Virus record (IMG/VR): IMGVR_UViG_3300020419_001132
Source of the DNA: a virus
Lineage: Duplodnaviria; Caudoviricetes
Reading direction: 5' to 3' (one strand)
Length of the DNA: 64,000 bases
Shown here: positions 53,019 to 61,272 of the stretch, piece after piece
Position numbering within the stretch: the first letter of the stretch is position 1
How the letters are laid out: each line of letters opens with the position of its first letter
Program-made: the position numbers and the translations under genes
Notes under the pieces: model-generated
The model's input: the letters and a program-made list of their open reading frames with translations, nothing else
Database searches by the model: none
What the model was told of the DNA's origin: nothing

Positions 53019-53161
53019 ATACATTAGCTAAAATATGGAAATACATAAGGCCTAAAACACATCAAGAAATGATCTATGATTACTTGGCATCGTCTGCAAA
53101 TCTAGTAGAACTTGAAAGAAGACAACAAGCAATAATTAACGGTAAAGTAAATATTTGGTAA
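53015..53161 (+). CDS. Small protein, DUF3563-like (48 aa, not in ORF track)
   Basis: MNTLAKIWKYIRPKTHQEMIYDYLASSANLVELERRQQAIINGKVNIW; YLxxSxxxxxLERR pattern; ATGA coupling. Confidence 0.7.
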   Translation: MNTLAKIWKYIRPKTHQEMIYDYLASSANLVELERRQQAIINGKVNIW

Positions 53162-53162
53162 C

Positions 53163-53237
53163 TGGCACAGGTGGAAGGAATCGAACCCTCTCTTTCAGGT
53201 TTGGAATCTGACGTGCAACCATTAACACTTCACCCAT
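53163..53237 (-). tRNA. trnW: tRNA-Trp (CCA), 3' CCA encoded
   Basis: 75-nt cloverleaf: D arm GTGT/GCAC, anticodon loop TT-CCA-AA, T arm GAGGG-TTCGATT-CCTTC, ends GCCA. Confidence 0.9.
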
Positions 53238-53255
53238 AGAACTTATTGTCTATAT

Positions 53256-53284
53256 AATGTAACACAAGTATTCTTATGTGTCAA
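53256..53284 (-). promoter_or_regulatory. sigma70 promoter TTGACA-N17-TACATT
   Basis: Directly upstream of the tRNA. Confidence 0.65.
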
Positions 53285-53298
53285 GTCTAAATTTTAAA

Positions 53299-53490
53299 TT
53301 ATTGTAGTTTATTACAGACATACTTATTGCCAAGAGGAGACTCTATAGCAATGTATGGTAATTCTTCATTAGGAGCCCGACATTCAATCGAGTTCCAACT
53401 ATATCCCTGTGTAAGTTGTTCGTTCATTGTGTCAATGAACTCTCTGTTATCATACGACCATAGGGCCGCAAAAAGTGTTAAAAATACCAT
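53299..53490 (-). CDS. Small exported hypothetical protein
   Basis: Hydrophobic N-terminus, two Cys; GAGG SD. Confidence 0.6.
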   Translation of the reverse strand: MVFLTLFAALWSYDNREFIDTMNEQLTQGYSWNSIECRAPNEELPYIAIESPLGNKYVCNKLQ

Positions 53491-53514
53491 TTACTTTACC
53501 TCTCTTAAAAACGG

Positions 53515-53970
53515 TTAGTTACAAAAATTTTTCACTAGCTCTAAGGGAGAATCTCCCTTGTGCCAGTATGAAAATGCCTCTGCTTCAATTTGATGATCGT
53601 GTTTATCATATCGACTAGAAACATATTCCGGAACGTACATATTTACTTGAAAAGTCTTTAATTCTGCATTATGAAATCCAGCATGACAATCTTGTGCAAG
53701 GTGTACAGCCTCGTGCATTAGAACTTTTCTGTAAACATCTTTATGTCTATTTTTTGGCCAGTTTTTCTGGATATTATCTACACAAAGTTCTAATCTATTA
53801 GCAGATGGTCTATACCATCCGTCGGAATCTGGTGAACGTTCGCAACCGTATGAATTAATTACTACAGGAACATACTTTTGTAGTTCGGTTGCAAGATCTT
53901 GGTATGCAAGTGCAGGATGACATCCGGCAATTGATATAAGCATAATAGTTGCGAACATTCTTGAAATCAT
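53515..53970 (-). CDS. Exported HEXXH metallopeptidase-like protein
   Basis: Signal peptide; VLMHEAVHLAQ and a downstream EAEA. Confidence 0.75.
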   Translation of the reverse strand: MISRMFATIMLISIAGCHPALAYQDLATELQKYVPVVINSYGCERSPDSDGWYRPSANRLELCVDNIQKNWPKNRHKDVYRKVLMHEAVHLAQDCHAGFHNAELKTFQVNMYVPEYVSSRYDKHDHQIEAEAFSYWHKGDSPLELVKNFCN

Positions 53971-54386
53971 TTTTGGAACCTTACGTTATAGGTTTTTCCT
54001 TCGTAAAGAAAACTTACGATACTATGACTGTATACTTCTTTTGTAGTGTCATTAAACCTTTGTTCAAGTCGACACACTCTTTTTGTGCCTCCTGTCGCTT
54101 GACTGTTGTTATGCCCAAGCATACCACCAATCACGGCACCTAATGCTCCACCGTTTTTTACATCACCTACATTGTTGCCTATAATGCCTCCTATGATAGC
54201 ACCTTTCAATGTATCTCCAGTTTTATCACCTGAAACATTTTCGTTATAACATACTTCTACATTGTATGCATCTCTTTCAATCACTGTCTTATAATGATCA
54301 CTTACGTTTATATCGGCATTAGCCACTCCGGCAAATCCACAAAATGAACTTGCCACAATAGCTAAAGTTAAATTAAGTTTTTTCAA
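53967..54386 (-). CDS. Exported glycine-zipper protein
   Basis: Signal peptide; GAIIGGIIG..GALGAVIGGMLG. Confidence 0.75.
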   Translation of the reverse strand: MKKLNLTLAIVASSFCGFAGVANADINVSDHYKTVIERDAYNVEVCYNENVSGDKTGDTLKGAIIGGIIGNNVGDVKNGGALGAVIGGMLGHNNSQATGGTKRVCRLEQRFNDTTKEVYSHSIVSFLYEGKTYNVRFQK

Positions 54387-54678
54387 CTTCTTCTCCTCTA
54401 GTTACTTTGGTTACTCTGTCATATTTAAATGACCGCCAGCCGTTGGCGTTAATATCCCAAACTGTGACATTACCTTCTGGAGGCTCTTTGTCCGTTTTTG
54501 GTCTATGGGATTCTGGAATTAGTTTAAAATCCTTTGTACAAGTCATTACCCTTTCATCACCGTTTAGTTTGTTAAACGTAATTACAAGGGTACTTTCTCG
54601 TAATTGCTTATTTAAATCTTCTTTAGTCGGGATGCCTTTTAGTTCAGCGACCTTCGACGATACTATCTGCAAGTCCAT
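54373..54678 (-). CDS. WYL-like/DUF2693 SH3-fold protein
   Basis: [29 protein letters not shown]. Confidence 0.75.
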   Translation of the reverse strand: MDLQIVSSKVAELKGIPTKEDLNKQLRESTLVITFNKLNGDERVMTCTKDFKLIPESHRPKTDKEPPEGNVTVWDINANGWRSFKYDRVTKVTRGEEVEKT

Positions 54679-55228
54679 ATCCTATTGCCTCTTTTGCACT
54701 CATGTAAAAATCTCTATCCATATCTTTGGCAACCGTATCTCTTGGCTGTCCTGTATGTTTTACGTATATGTCAGTCAATGTTTCTTTCCAATATTGTAAC
54801 TCTTTATATTGTATTTCAACATCACTAGCCATACCTTGTGTTCCGCCACTTGGTTGATGAATCATATGTCTAGCATGTGGGAGAACTTTTCTTTTTCCAG
54901 GCTCACCAGCCATTGCTAAGAAACTACCCATGCTGGCCGCAATACCCATTACTGTTGTATGCACTGGCGGTTTAATAAAACTCATGGTATCATATATACT
55001 CATACCAGCAGTAACACTTCCGCCTGGACTATTAATATAAAAGTTTATAGGCTTTTCTTTGTTCTGTGATTGTAAGAATAACATCTGTGCTACGATTAAA
55101 CTTGCACTTGTGCTATTGACATCTGTATCAAGCATAATAATTCTGTCTTTAAGTAATCGACTATAGATGTCATAAGACCTTTCGCCTCGACTTTCTTTTT
55201 CAATTACTACTGGAACTAAATTAGGCAT
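54644..55228 (-). CDS. clpP: ATP-dependent Clp protease proteolytic subunit
   Basis: [25 protein letters not shown] (Ser), MIHQP (His), DRDFYM (Asp). Confidence 0.96.
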   Translation of the reverse strand: MPNLVPVVIEKESRGERSYDIYSRLLKDRIIMLDTDVNSTSASLIVAQMLFLQSQNKEKPINFYINSPGGSVTAGMSIYDTMSFIKPPVHTTVMGIAASMGSFLAMAGEPGKRKVLPHARHMIHQPSGGTQGMASDVEIQYKELQYWKETLTDIYVKHTGQPRDTVAKDMDRDFYMSAKEAIGYGLADSIVEGR

Positions 55229-55458
55229 TATCTTTGTCTCCCCATGTTAACTTCATAAGTCTTTGGACCTTTGCTAATAAACTCCATTCCAATCTTATTT
55301 CCAACGTACATTCCTTTTCCGTTATAATCTAATTGTATTTTATTACCTGCAACTGCAACAATTAATCTATCTTCATTTTTAAATTGCATTACTTCAGCTA
55401 ATACAGTATTGTCATTATCATTACAAGTAACGTCACATTTGTCTTCATATCTTATCAT
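55228..55458 (-). CDS. Hypothetical protein
   Basis: 76-aa ORF translationally coupled on both sides. Confidence 0.65.
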   Translation of the reverse strand: MIRYEDKCDVTCNDNDNTVLAEVMQFKNEDRLIVAVAGNKIQLDYNGKGMYVGNKIGMEFISKGPKTYEVNMGRQR

Positions 55459-56141
55459 ACTTTATATACCTTTACATAATTTAATTGTGTTTCGTTTACG
55501 TCAAACAATTTATTCTTGACGTGCTTTTTTACTTTGGCTTTAATTCTTCTTCGCTCTCCTGATGGAATTTTATACTTGGTCCAAAAAGAAATAATGTTCC
55601 CCATTATATCAGCAGTATATACAAATTTATCATAGTCTTGTATAAAAGATTCGTTTATAACATGGCATACACCGTCTACAGGGTCACCAACTTCACCTAT
55701 ATAATTGCTATTCCTATACACAGTTCGTAGTGTTTTTTTAAAGGAATTTTCTTTTGTTTCACGTAAAACTAGTTCAGGAACATATGCTAGTATTCCTAGT
55801 TTGTTTGAAGCTACATCATCTGATAGAATTGCTTCAATAGTATCTTGCTGAAATTGACTGAGACTGTCGCCTAATATACCAAGTGTATATCTACGAAAAT
55901 GTTTTAATGCATCGTCTACATCTGCATAATCTTGTTCAGTTATAACTAGTGGCTTCCAATCCTCAGGACGGAAATCATTTATTAGTTGAAACTTAACTAG
56001 ATCCTTGTTTGCAAATACAGTATCATTTGTTGGTTCTGAAAACCTAAATGTGTCTTTTAAATACCCTTTGTTCTTTTTGTAAGCCGCATAAGCTACAGCC
56101 AAAACCTCTTGGGTTTTCCAAGTTCTTTCTTTAACCGTCAT
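55455..56141 (-). CDS. Hypothetical protein with possible C-terminal OB-like domain
   Basis: 228-aa ORF; C-terminal KAKVKKH..ETQLNYVK. Confidence 0.65.
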   Translation of the reverse strand: MTVKERTWKTQEVLAVAYAAYKKNKGYLKDTFRFSEPTNDTVFANKDLVKFQLINDFRPEDWKPLVITEQDYADVDDALKHFRRYTLGILGDSLSQFQQDTIEAILSDDVASNKLGILAYVPELVLRETKENSFKKTLRTVYRNSNYIGEVGDPVDGVCHVINESFIQDYDKFVYTADIMGNIISFWTKYKIPSGERRRIKAKVKKHVKNKLFDVNETQLNYVKVYKV

Positions 56142-56598
56142 GTGTCCACCTTTGTTCGCCTAATTTATTTGCCTCTGCCCACTGAATGAAAAGTCCAACC
56201 TCTCTTCCGTGTGCCTCTATTTCCCAAGGTTGATCCCAGTATTTTGGATCTGAATTTAACCACTTACCTTGCCATCTATGTTTATTACGTCTAACACTTT
56301 CATACAGTTCACCTCTTGCAAACTGTTTAACGTGCACCATCTCATGTGCAACAGTTTCTAGCAATCTACGTAACTTTTGTTGTTTATTGATATCTACATC
56401 AAACTCTCTTGGGCGATGCAAATCAGCATAGTCACTTGGTATAGCATAACCTAATGAGTCATCCTTACCAAAGTTACGTAGATTAATGTTTACCTCAACA
56501 TTGTACATCTTCGGCATTAGTTTCTTTTGACAAAATTTAACCATACTTCTAACTAGCTCTTTTTGTCTTTTTGAACCGCCTTTTATGTGTACTTGCAT
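56131..56598 (-). CDS. HEXXH metallopeptidase-like protein
   Basis: TVAHEMVHVKQ and QPWEIEA; start moved to ATG 56598 (GGAG SD). Confidence 0.75.
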   Translation of the reverse strand: MQVHIKGGSKRQKELVRSMVKFCQKKLMPKMYNVEVNINLRNFGKDDSLGYAIPSDYADLHRPREFDVDINKQQKLRRLLETVAHEMVHVKQFARGELYESVRRNKHRWQGKWLNSDPKYWDQPWEIEAHGREVGLFIQWAEANKLGEQRWTHDG

Positions 56599-56626
56599 AC
56601 TCTCCACCTTTTGCAATAATAATACT

Positions 56627-56654
56627 ATTATAACAAACTGTGTGCAAAAGTCAA
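56627..56654 (-). promoter_or_regulatory. sigma70 promoter TTGACT-N16-TATAAT
   Basis: Intergenic, heads the peptidase-clpP block. Confidence 0.6.
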
Positions 56655-56663
56655 GTGTTTTGG

Positions 56664-56861
56664 TTAACTACTTTCAAACATTCCTATTAAATTGGGTCCA
56701 AAAGCACTAGCCGCCCAGCCTAAAGCACAAATCATTACTACTCCAAGCACCAACCATTTCATTTTGAAATCGTCAACTGTCATTTTCAGTCCAATTAATT
56801 CATTGCCTAAAATTCTTATTGCAATTTCCAGTTTTCCTTGATCATCTGGTGTACTTGGCAT
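56664..56861 (-). CDS. Small membrane protein
   Basis: LEIAIRILGNEL then one TM helix. Confidence 0.65.
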   Translation of the reverse strand: MPSTPDDQGKLEIAIRILGNELIGLKMTVDDFKMKWLVLGVVMICALGWAASAFGPNLIGMFESS

Positions 56862-57287
56862 TTAAATCTCCTTTAATAATGTTTTTAGTTTCTTTTTAGA
56901 TTTACCACGTACTTTTGCTTTATTCATTGCATCTAAGTTAGATGTATCATCTCCAACTATGACAATAGCAATCATTCCCATACTTGCATGAGGTGTGCAT
57001 TGATACAAGTACATGCCTGGAGTATCAAATGTAATCGATACCTCTTTGTTGTTCTTGCTTTTCTTTGGTAATTCCCAACCATCTGGACCCATTATAAAAT
57101 GAACGTTGTGTCCTTTTGATTTAGGATTCCAAGTAACTGTATCACCTATATCAATACGGGTTACATCTTCACTGTAAACCATTTTGGCTCCGTCATCACG
57201 TTTGTTTAGCATATCGATCGTCATATCCTCTGCCAGTGCTGGTGTAGCCAGTGCAAGGATCAGACCTAGTGTTGTAATTAATCTCAT
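56862..57287 (-). CDS. Pseudoazurin (type I copper protein)
   Basis: Signal peptide; ligands His (GHNV), Cys-x2-His-x4-Met (CTPHASMGM). Confidence 0.9.
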   Translation of the reverse strand: MRLITTLGLILALATPALAEDMTIDMLNKRDDGAKMVYSEDVTRIDIGDTVTWNPKSKGHNVHFIMGPDGWELPKKSKNNKEVSITFDTPGMYLYQCTPHASMGMIAIVIVGDDTSNLDAMNKAKVRGKSKKKLKTLLKEI

Positions 57288-57502
57288 TTTTTATCCTTTA
57301 CATTAAGATTAGATGGAGAATACTGTTCTCCATTGTATTGCGATCCAGTTTTATTAGGACCAACTTCGACGCCACTGTTGCAACCAACAACAACGACCAT
57401 TAAAAAGATAACACTATACATAGTGACTCTTTTCGTCCATAGCAAAAATTGTTCAAAAGTTCGTTCTGCTTCTGATTGTGCTTCTGCTCTTGGGTTATTC
57501 AT
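57284..57502 (-). CDS. Small membrane protein resembling aa3-type cytochrome c oxidase subunit IV
   Basis: AERTFEQFLLWTKRVTMYSVIFLMVV resembles the E(K/R)T(F/Y)xxFxxxxK + TM pattern; start moved to ATG 57502. Confidence 0.5.
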   Translation of the reverse strand: MNNPRAEAQSEAERTFEQFLLWTKRVTMYSVIFLMVVVVGCNSGVEVGPNKTGSQYNGEQYSPSNLNVKDKK

Positions 57503-57692
57503 TTTCTTGTCCTTCGACGCTTTCAATAATAATAGTTCCTTGATCGCCTACTTTTATTTTTACTGGTGTTCCTACGGTCCATCCTTGTTTTTCCATTAGC
57601 TCATTAGGTATTTTCATTATAACCTTATCCTTGTCATTAGGATCCGTTTGAAAAACTTCATTGTGACTTAAAACTAATTTATTTTCCTTCAT
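57495..57692 (-). CDS. AbrB/MazE-like swapped-hairpin protein
   Basis: IMKIPNELMEKQGWTVGTPVKIKV..TIII. Confidence 0.7.
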   Translation of the reverse strand: MKENKLVLSHNEVFQTDPNDKDKVIMKIPNELMEKQGWTVGTPVKIKVGDQGTIIIESVEGQENE

Positions 57693-58229
57693 TTAAAACT
57701 CCATGTCTGCGGCAACAATAAACCTATCATCTTCAGACTGTAAAACACCAGGACGATGCCAAATTTTTCCTGGATAAATCATCCATTGACCTGTTTTCCA
57801 CTCTGCAAAGTATTTACTGTTATTAACACCTTCTGGTGCTAGTTCTGTACCTGCTTTTTCTTTATCTTTTACATCATCTGGTAGATGCAAGTAATAAACT
57901 CCACTTACAGTAATTGTTGCATCGTTATGATTATGGTGGTGCCATAATGTGTCACGATCTTCAGGATATTTTAGTGAAGTCATATAACTCCAAGACTGTA
58001 TCTGTTTAATTTGCACTTCACGTTTTAGATATGCAAAGCAAGACCAAATAAAACTCATTTTTAAGTTTATAAAATCTTCTGTTGCAGTTCCAAAAACATT
58101 CCAATTGGTTTGGTACTTAGGACTATTTTCCCAAAAACGTCCTGCATCGATACCATCTTTGATTTCTGCTCGAATACGTTGTCGGGAGTCATTTCCTATC
58201 AACATATTCCAGTCAAAGTATTCATGCAT
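57693..58229 (-). CDS. 2OG-Fe(II) oxygenase-like protein
   Basis: WHHH..VSGVYYL..GTE..IYPGKIWH..RFIVA. Confidence 0.75.
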   Translation of the reverse strand: MHEYFDWNMLIGNDSRQRIRAEIKDGIDAGRFWENSPKYQTNWNVFGTATEDFINLKMSFIWSCFAYLKREVQIKQIQSWSYMTSLKYPEDRDTLWHHHNHNDATITVSGVYYLHLPDDVKDKEKAGTELAPEGVNNSKYFAEWKTGQWMIYPGKIWHRPGVLQSEDDRFIVAADMEF

Positions 58230-58306
58230 TTATTAACTTACACCCTTGTTTAATGTTATATTTAATCCAATCAAAACAGTACATTGTATTTCTTGAACTT
58301 TAATAT

Positions 58307-58335
58307 ATAGTAGCACAACTGATTAGGCTTGTCAA
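58307..58335 (-). promoter_or_regulatory. sigma70 promoter TTGACA-N17-TACTAT
   Basis: Intergenic; back-to-back with a plus-strand late motif. Confidence 0.65.
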
Positions 58336-58342
58336 CTAAATA
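58335..58342 (+). promoter_or_regulatory. T4-late-like promoter ACTAAATA
   Basis: 23 nt upstream of TTG 58366 with AAAGGA SD. Confidence 0.5.
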
Positions 58343-58365
58343 TTTGAATACAAAGGAAAAAACTT

Positions 58366-58725
58366 TTGGAACTATTACTACTCCTTTTACTTAAACATGC
58401 ATTTGCAGATTTATTTTTACAATCATTTCATAAAGGAATAAACAAAGAGCATTACATAGGTAACGGACATAGGCACTATTTAGAACATGGAATGCTTACT
58501 ATTATAGTCCTCTTTCTTTTCGTATCGCCTGAATTCGCTTTTTTAGCTGGTGCGATAGATTATCTTGCTCACTGGCATATTGACTTTCTGAAACATCGGA
58601 TAATATCATATTACGAAGTGATCCGGGATGGTAAGGTTTTTTGGGCGATACAGGCAATTGATCAGGCTTTACACTACTGTACCTATTATGCAATTCTTGT
58701 CTTGCTTTTGCTATTCTTTCCCTAA
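58366..58725 (+). CDS. DUF3307-like membrane protein
   Basis: HAFADLFLQ, HG, HWHID and DQALH motifs. Confidence 0.8.
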   Translation: MELLLLLLLKHAFADLFLQSFHKGINKEHYIGNGHRHYLEHGMLTIIVLFLFVSPEFAFLAGAIDYLAHWHIDFLKHRIISYYEVIRDGKVFWAIQAIDQALHYCTYYAILVLLLLFFP

Positions 58726-58728
58726 GAT

Positions 58729-58995
58729 TCATTTTTTAGGCTGTTCTTCTTTTTTAATTTCATTTTCAAACTTTTTATCTTTTGCATCATCTTTCCATCT
58801 AGGTTGTTCTCTTTGATCTAGTTGTGCTTTAAATTTTTTTATTACTGACTTGTTGTTTCCTGATCGCGTAATAAACATCTTAATAGCAATATATCCATCT
58901 CCTTTAAATATTAATTTTCCATTATCATATAGAATAGCTCTTGACGAGTTGGTCAAGTCAAGTTCTATATTTTGAAATGTATATCGCACTCCCAT
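58729..58995 (-). CDS. Hypothetical protein
   Basis: Start moved to ATG 58995 to avoid overlap. Confidence 0.55.
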   Translation of the reverse strand: MGVRYTFQNIELDLTNSSRAILYDNGKLIFKGDGYIAIKMFITRSGNNKSVIKKFKAQLDQREQPRWKDDAKDKKFENEIKKEEQPKK

Positions 58996-59003
58996 AAAAA
59001 TAT

Positions 59004-59240
59004 TTAGTAATCGTACAGTAAAGTATTCTCTGAATTCACATATACTGGTTTGCAATAAGCAGTAACTCTATCTTTTGGATCTACAAGCGAAGAATAAGAA
59101 TAGTTTCCATACTGTCGAGGAAGTTTTTTTGCATAATATTGGCATACATTAATACTTCTAAAGATCATAGGATTAGGTTGTTGCTTACGGAATTCTCCTG
59201 TGCCAAGAATTACAACAAGCATGAACGCATGAGTCATCAT
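59004..59240 (-). CDS. Small hypothetical protein
   Basis: Hydrophobic start, two Cys (VCQYY, AYCKP). Confidence 0.6.
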   Translation of the reverse strand: MMTHAFMLVVILGTGEFRKQQPNPMIFRSINVCQYYAKKLPRQYGNYSYSSLVDPKDRVTAYCKPVYVNSENTLLYDY

Positions 59241-59422
59241 TTATCTAACTTATTATATACAAGATCGTCATTAAATTTTACAATCAAATATAATATCCCT
59301 AGTGCTAACCAAACCCAGTTGTGCCAAGACCATGGTAAAAACATATGATACCAAAATTCATAATTGAACGGGTGCATGGTACTATAGTCTGTTAATCCTG
59401 TATCATAGTAATGTATATCCAT
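59237..59422 (-). CDS. Small aromatic-rich membrane protein
   Basis: 61 aa, one TM helix, ATGA coupling. Confidence 0.55.
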   Translation of the reverse strand: MDIHYYDTGLTDYSTMHPFNYEFWYHMFLPWSWHNWVWLALGILYLIVKFNDDLVYNKLDK

Positions 59423-59424
59423 TT

Positions 59425-59715
59425 TTACCTCTTATCACAATAAACCATCTTAGGGCACATATTATGTTCTCCTACAGTTACAACATCATGAACATCTGAC
59501 TTAGGATGATCATATATACATTGCCAAGCCTGTGCGTCTTCATTGCGTTCGACTTTAACAAATCTACAAGGTATTTTACGTTCGTTTAATTTACCGTGGA
59601 TTTTACCCTTGCCTGTTGGTACAGGAGTTCCTCTCTGTTCTTCTTCTTTACACCCAACTAGAGGAAGGATTAAAATAGAAATTAATAAAATTAATCGTAA
59701 CTTACCAATTTCCAT
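59425..59715 (-). CDS. Lipoprotein
   Basis: Lipobox LVG-C; four further Cys. Confidence 0.65.
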   Translation of the reverse strand: MEIGKLRLILLISILILPLVGCKEEEQRGTPVPTGKGKIHGKLNERKIPCRFVKVERNEDAQAWQCIYDHPKSDVHDVVTVGEHNMCPKMVYCDKR

Positions 59716-60184
59716 GTTTTAGACCATATAAGTATATTAGAAAACCTATAAAACCTAAGATAGCTCCTACAGCAAGTATAATTGCAATAATTTCAAGTAC
59801 CTTTCTTCGGTATTCTTCTTGATCATAAATTGCCTGCTGTCTTTTCTTTCTAATGTCGCCTTCTGTTTTTAGGAGTTCGTCCCAAGCTGACATTCCTCTT
59901 GTCATAGTAATGATTTGCTTCAACTGATCACGCATGTCTTCAGCTTTTTTCTTAGCCATAAAAGCCGCCATTGCTTCCTCTTCAACAGAACCTGACTGAA
60001 AAAGTTTTTTGAATAACGGAGGCTTTTTTGAATACTCTTCAGACTTTTTAATATCTGAAACAGCACCCATCCAACGCCCTAAATCTCCAGCCATAGATTC
60101 TATTTCTCGGCCAGCTGAAAATCCTTGCTTGATCGTGTTGAAGGCCGCCGTTGCGGTGGCCACTGCCGTGATTGGATCAATCAT
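59702..60184 (-). CDS. Hypothetical protein with C-terminal TM anchor
   Basis: MIDPITAVATA start, coiled coil, C-terminal hydrophobic helix; GAGGG SD. Confidence 0.7.
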   Translation of the reverse strand: MIDPITAVATATAAFNTIKQGFSAGREIESMAGDLGRWMGAVSDIKKSEEYSKKPPLFKKLFQSGSVEEEAMAAFMAKKKAEDMRDQLKQIITMTRGMSAWDELLKTEGDIRKKRQQAIYDQEEYRRKVLEIIAIILAVGAILGFIGFLIYLYGLKHGNW

Positions 60185-60217
60185 ATGATTATAGCCCTCA
60201 TTGCTCTGCTACAATGG

Positions 60218-60225
60218 TATTTACG
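60218..60225 (-). promoter_or_regulatory. T4-late-like promoter CGTAAATA
   Basis: Intergenic, upstream of ATG 60184. Confidence 0.5.
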
Positions 60226-60254
60226 TAATCAGATAATAGGATTAAAGTAGTAGT

Positions 60255-61259
60255 TTATATGGCAAATTCCATCTGTGGATGGACTGTTTGTTCTGAACCG
60301 TATAGTTGTACTGCTTGAGTTTTCAGTACACCACTTACATCTACTGCTTCATTAAAGAACAAGCTATGTGCCTTAGGCCCATCTAACAATAACATTGCAT
60401 CAAAGTTACTCATTCTTTTGTAGTTTGTAAACGATAATAGACCCCACTCATGTCTAATTTGATTAGCATCACCGGATATGATTGCATTTTTCAACTGAGC
60501 TACTTCGCCCTTTTCCATATAAGCAAAGGCACCTGAAATAATAGCTTCTGCAAGTCCTGGTAAATTCTTAGGGTCTATTGTGCCTCTAATGTCTCTTACA
60601 AATTTGATAGCAGTTACAGATTTGACAGTATCAGTATCAAAGCCTGCCTGTTTAAATGCGGCTTCTACTGCTCTTTGATTAAACTTGGCTTTTCTTGCGT
60701 CTTGGAATCTACCTCCTGAGCTTTGTTTAGCTTTTACTTCAGTCATGACTCCGTCTATTACAAGGTCGCCAGCAAACTCTGCAGATCTGCCTGCAAATTG
60801 TATAGTAGGACTTAATACTGCTAGAGCAAATTCTCCTGCTCCTATGCCTTGGGGTGTGTAGGTGTAAATATTTGAAAACACTCTTTTTACAAATGCATCT
60901 CCCATTAGCCATTCGTCGAATGAATGCACTTGGTTAGGTGTTCTAAGTTTTTCACTGTCAATATATCCGCCCTCAAAGTTGTTAAGAAAGTTTTCCTTTT
61001 CAACATAGGTGCCCTGTGTATTCATTATGTATCCTGCAAACACCTGTAGCTTTGATTTTGCATCTTGGTCTTGTGATAGTGTTGCGGCAATACGTTCGTC
61101 TAATGTAGATTTTTCTAATGCTTGGTATATTCTGTCAAGCATTTCTCTATCTTTTTCTGTTGCTAACCTCTTTACGATGATATCTTTTAATTGATCATCA
61201 GAAATATTAGGATCATATTCTAAAAGAGTTGCATTAGGTGTGAATTCACTGTATCGCAT
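60255..61259 (-). CDS. Late protein with possible PD-(D/E)XK nuclease domain
   Basis: GAGEFAL..GDLVIDG..EVK arrangement; MRYSEF..LLE leader. Confidence 0.55.
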   Translation of the reverse strand: MRYSEFTPNATLLEYDPNISDDQLKDIIVKRLATEKDREMLDRIYQALEKSTLDERIAATLSQDQDAKSKLQVFAGYIMNTQGTYVEKENFLNNFEGGYIDSEKLRTPNQVHSFDEWLMGDAFVKRVFSNIYTYTPQGIGAGEFALAVLSPTIQFAGRSAEFAGDLVIDGVMTEVKAKQSSGGRFQDARKAKFNQRAVEAAFKQAGFDTDTVKSVTAIKFVRDIRGTIDPKNLPGLAEAIISGAFAYMEKGEVAQLKNAIISGDANQIRHEWGLLSFTNYKRMSNFDAMLLLDGPKAHSLFFNEAVDVSGVLKTQAVQLYGSEQTVHPQMEFAI

Positions 61260-61264
61260 AAAAG

Positions 61265-61272
61265 TATTTATG
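61265..61272 (-). promoter_or_regulatory. T4-late-like promoter CATAAATA
   Basis: 5 nt before ATG 61259; its TAA is the pcyX stop. Confidence 0.6.
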
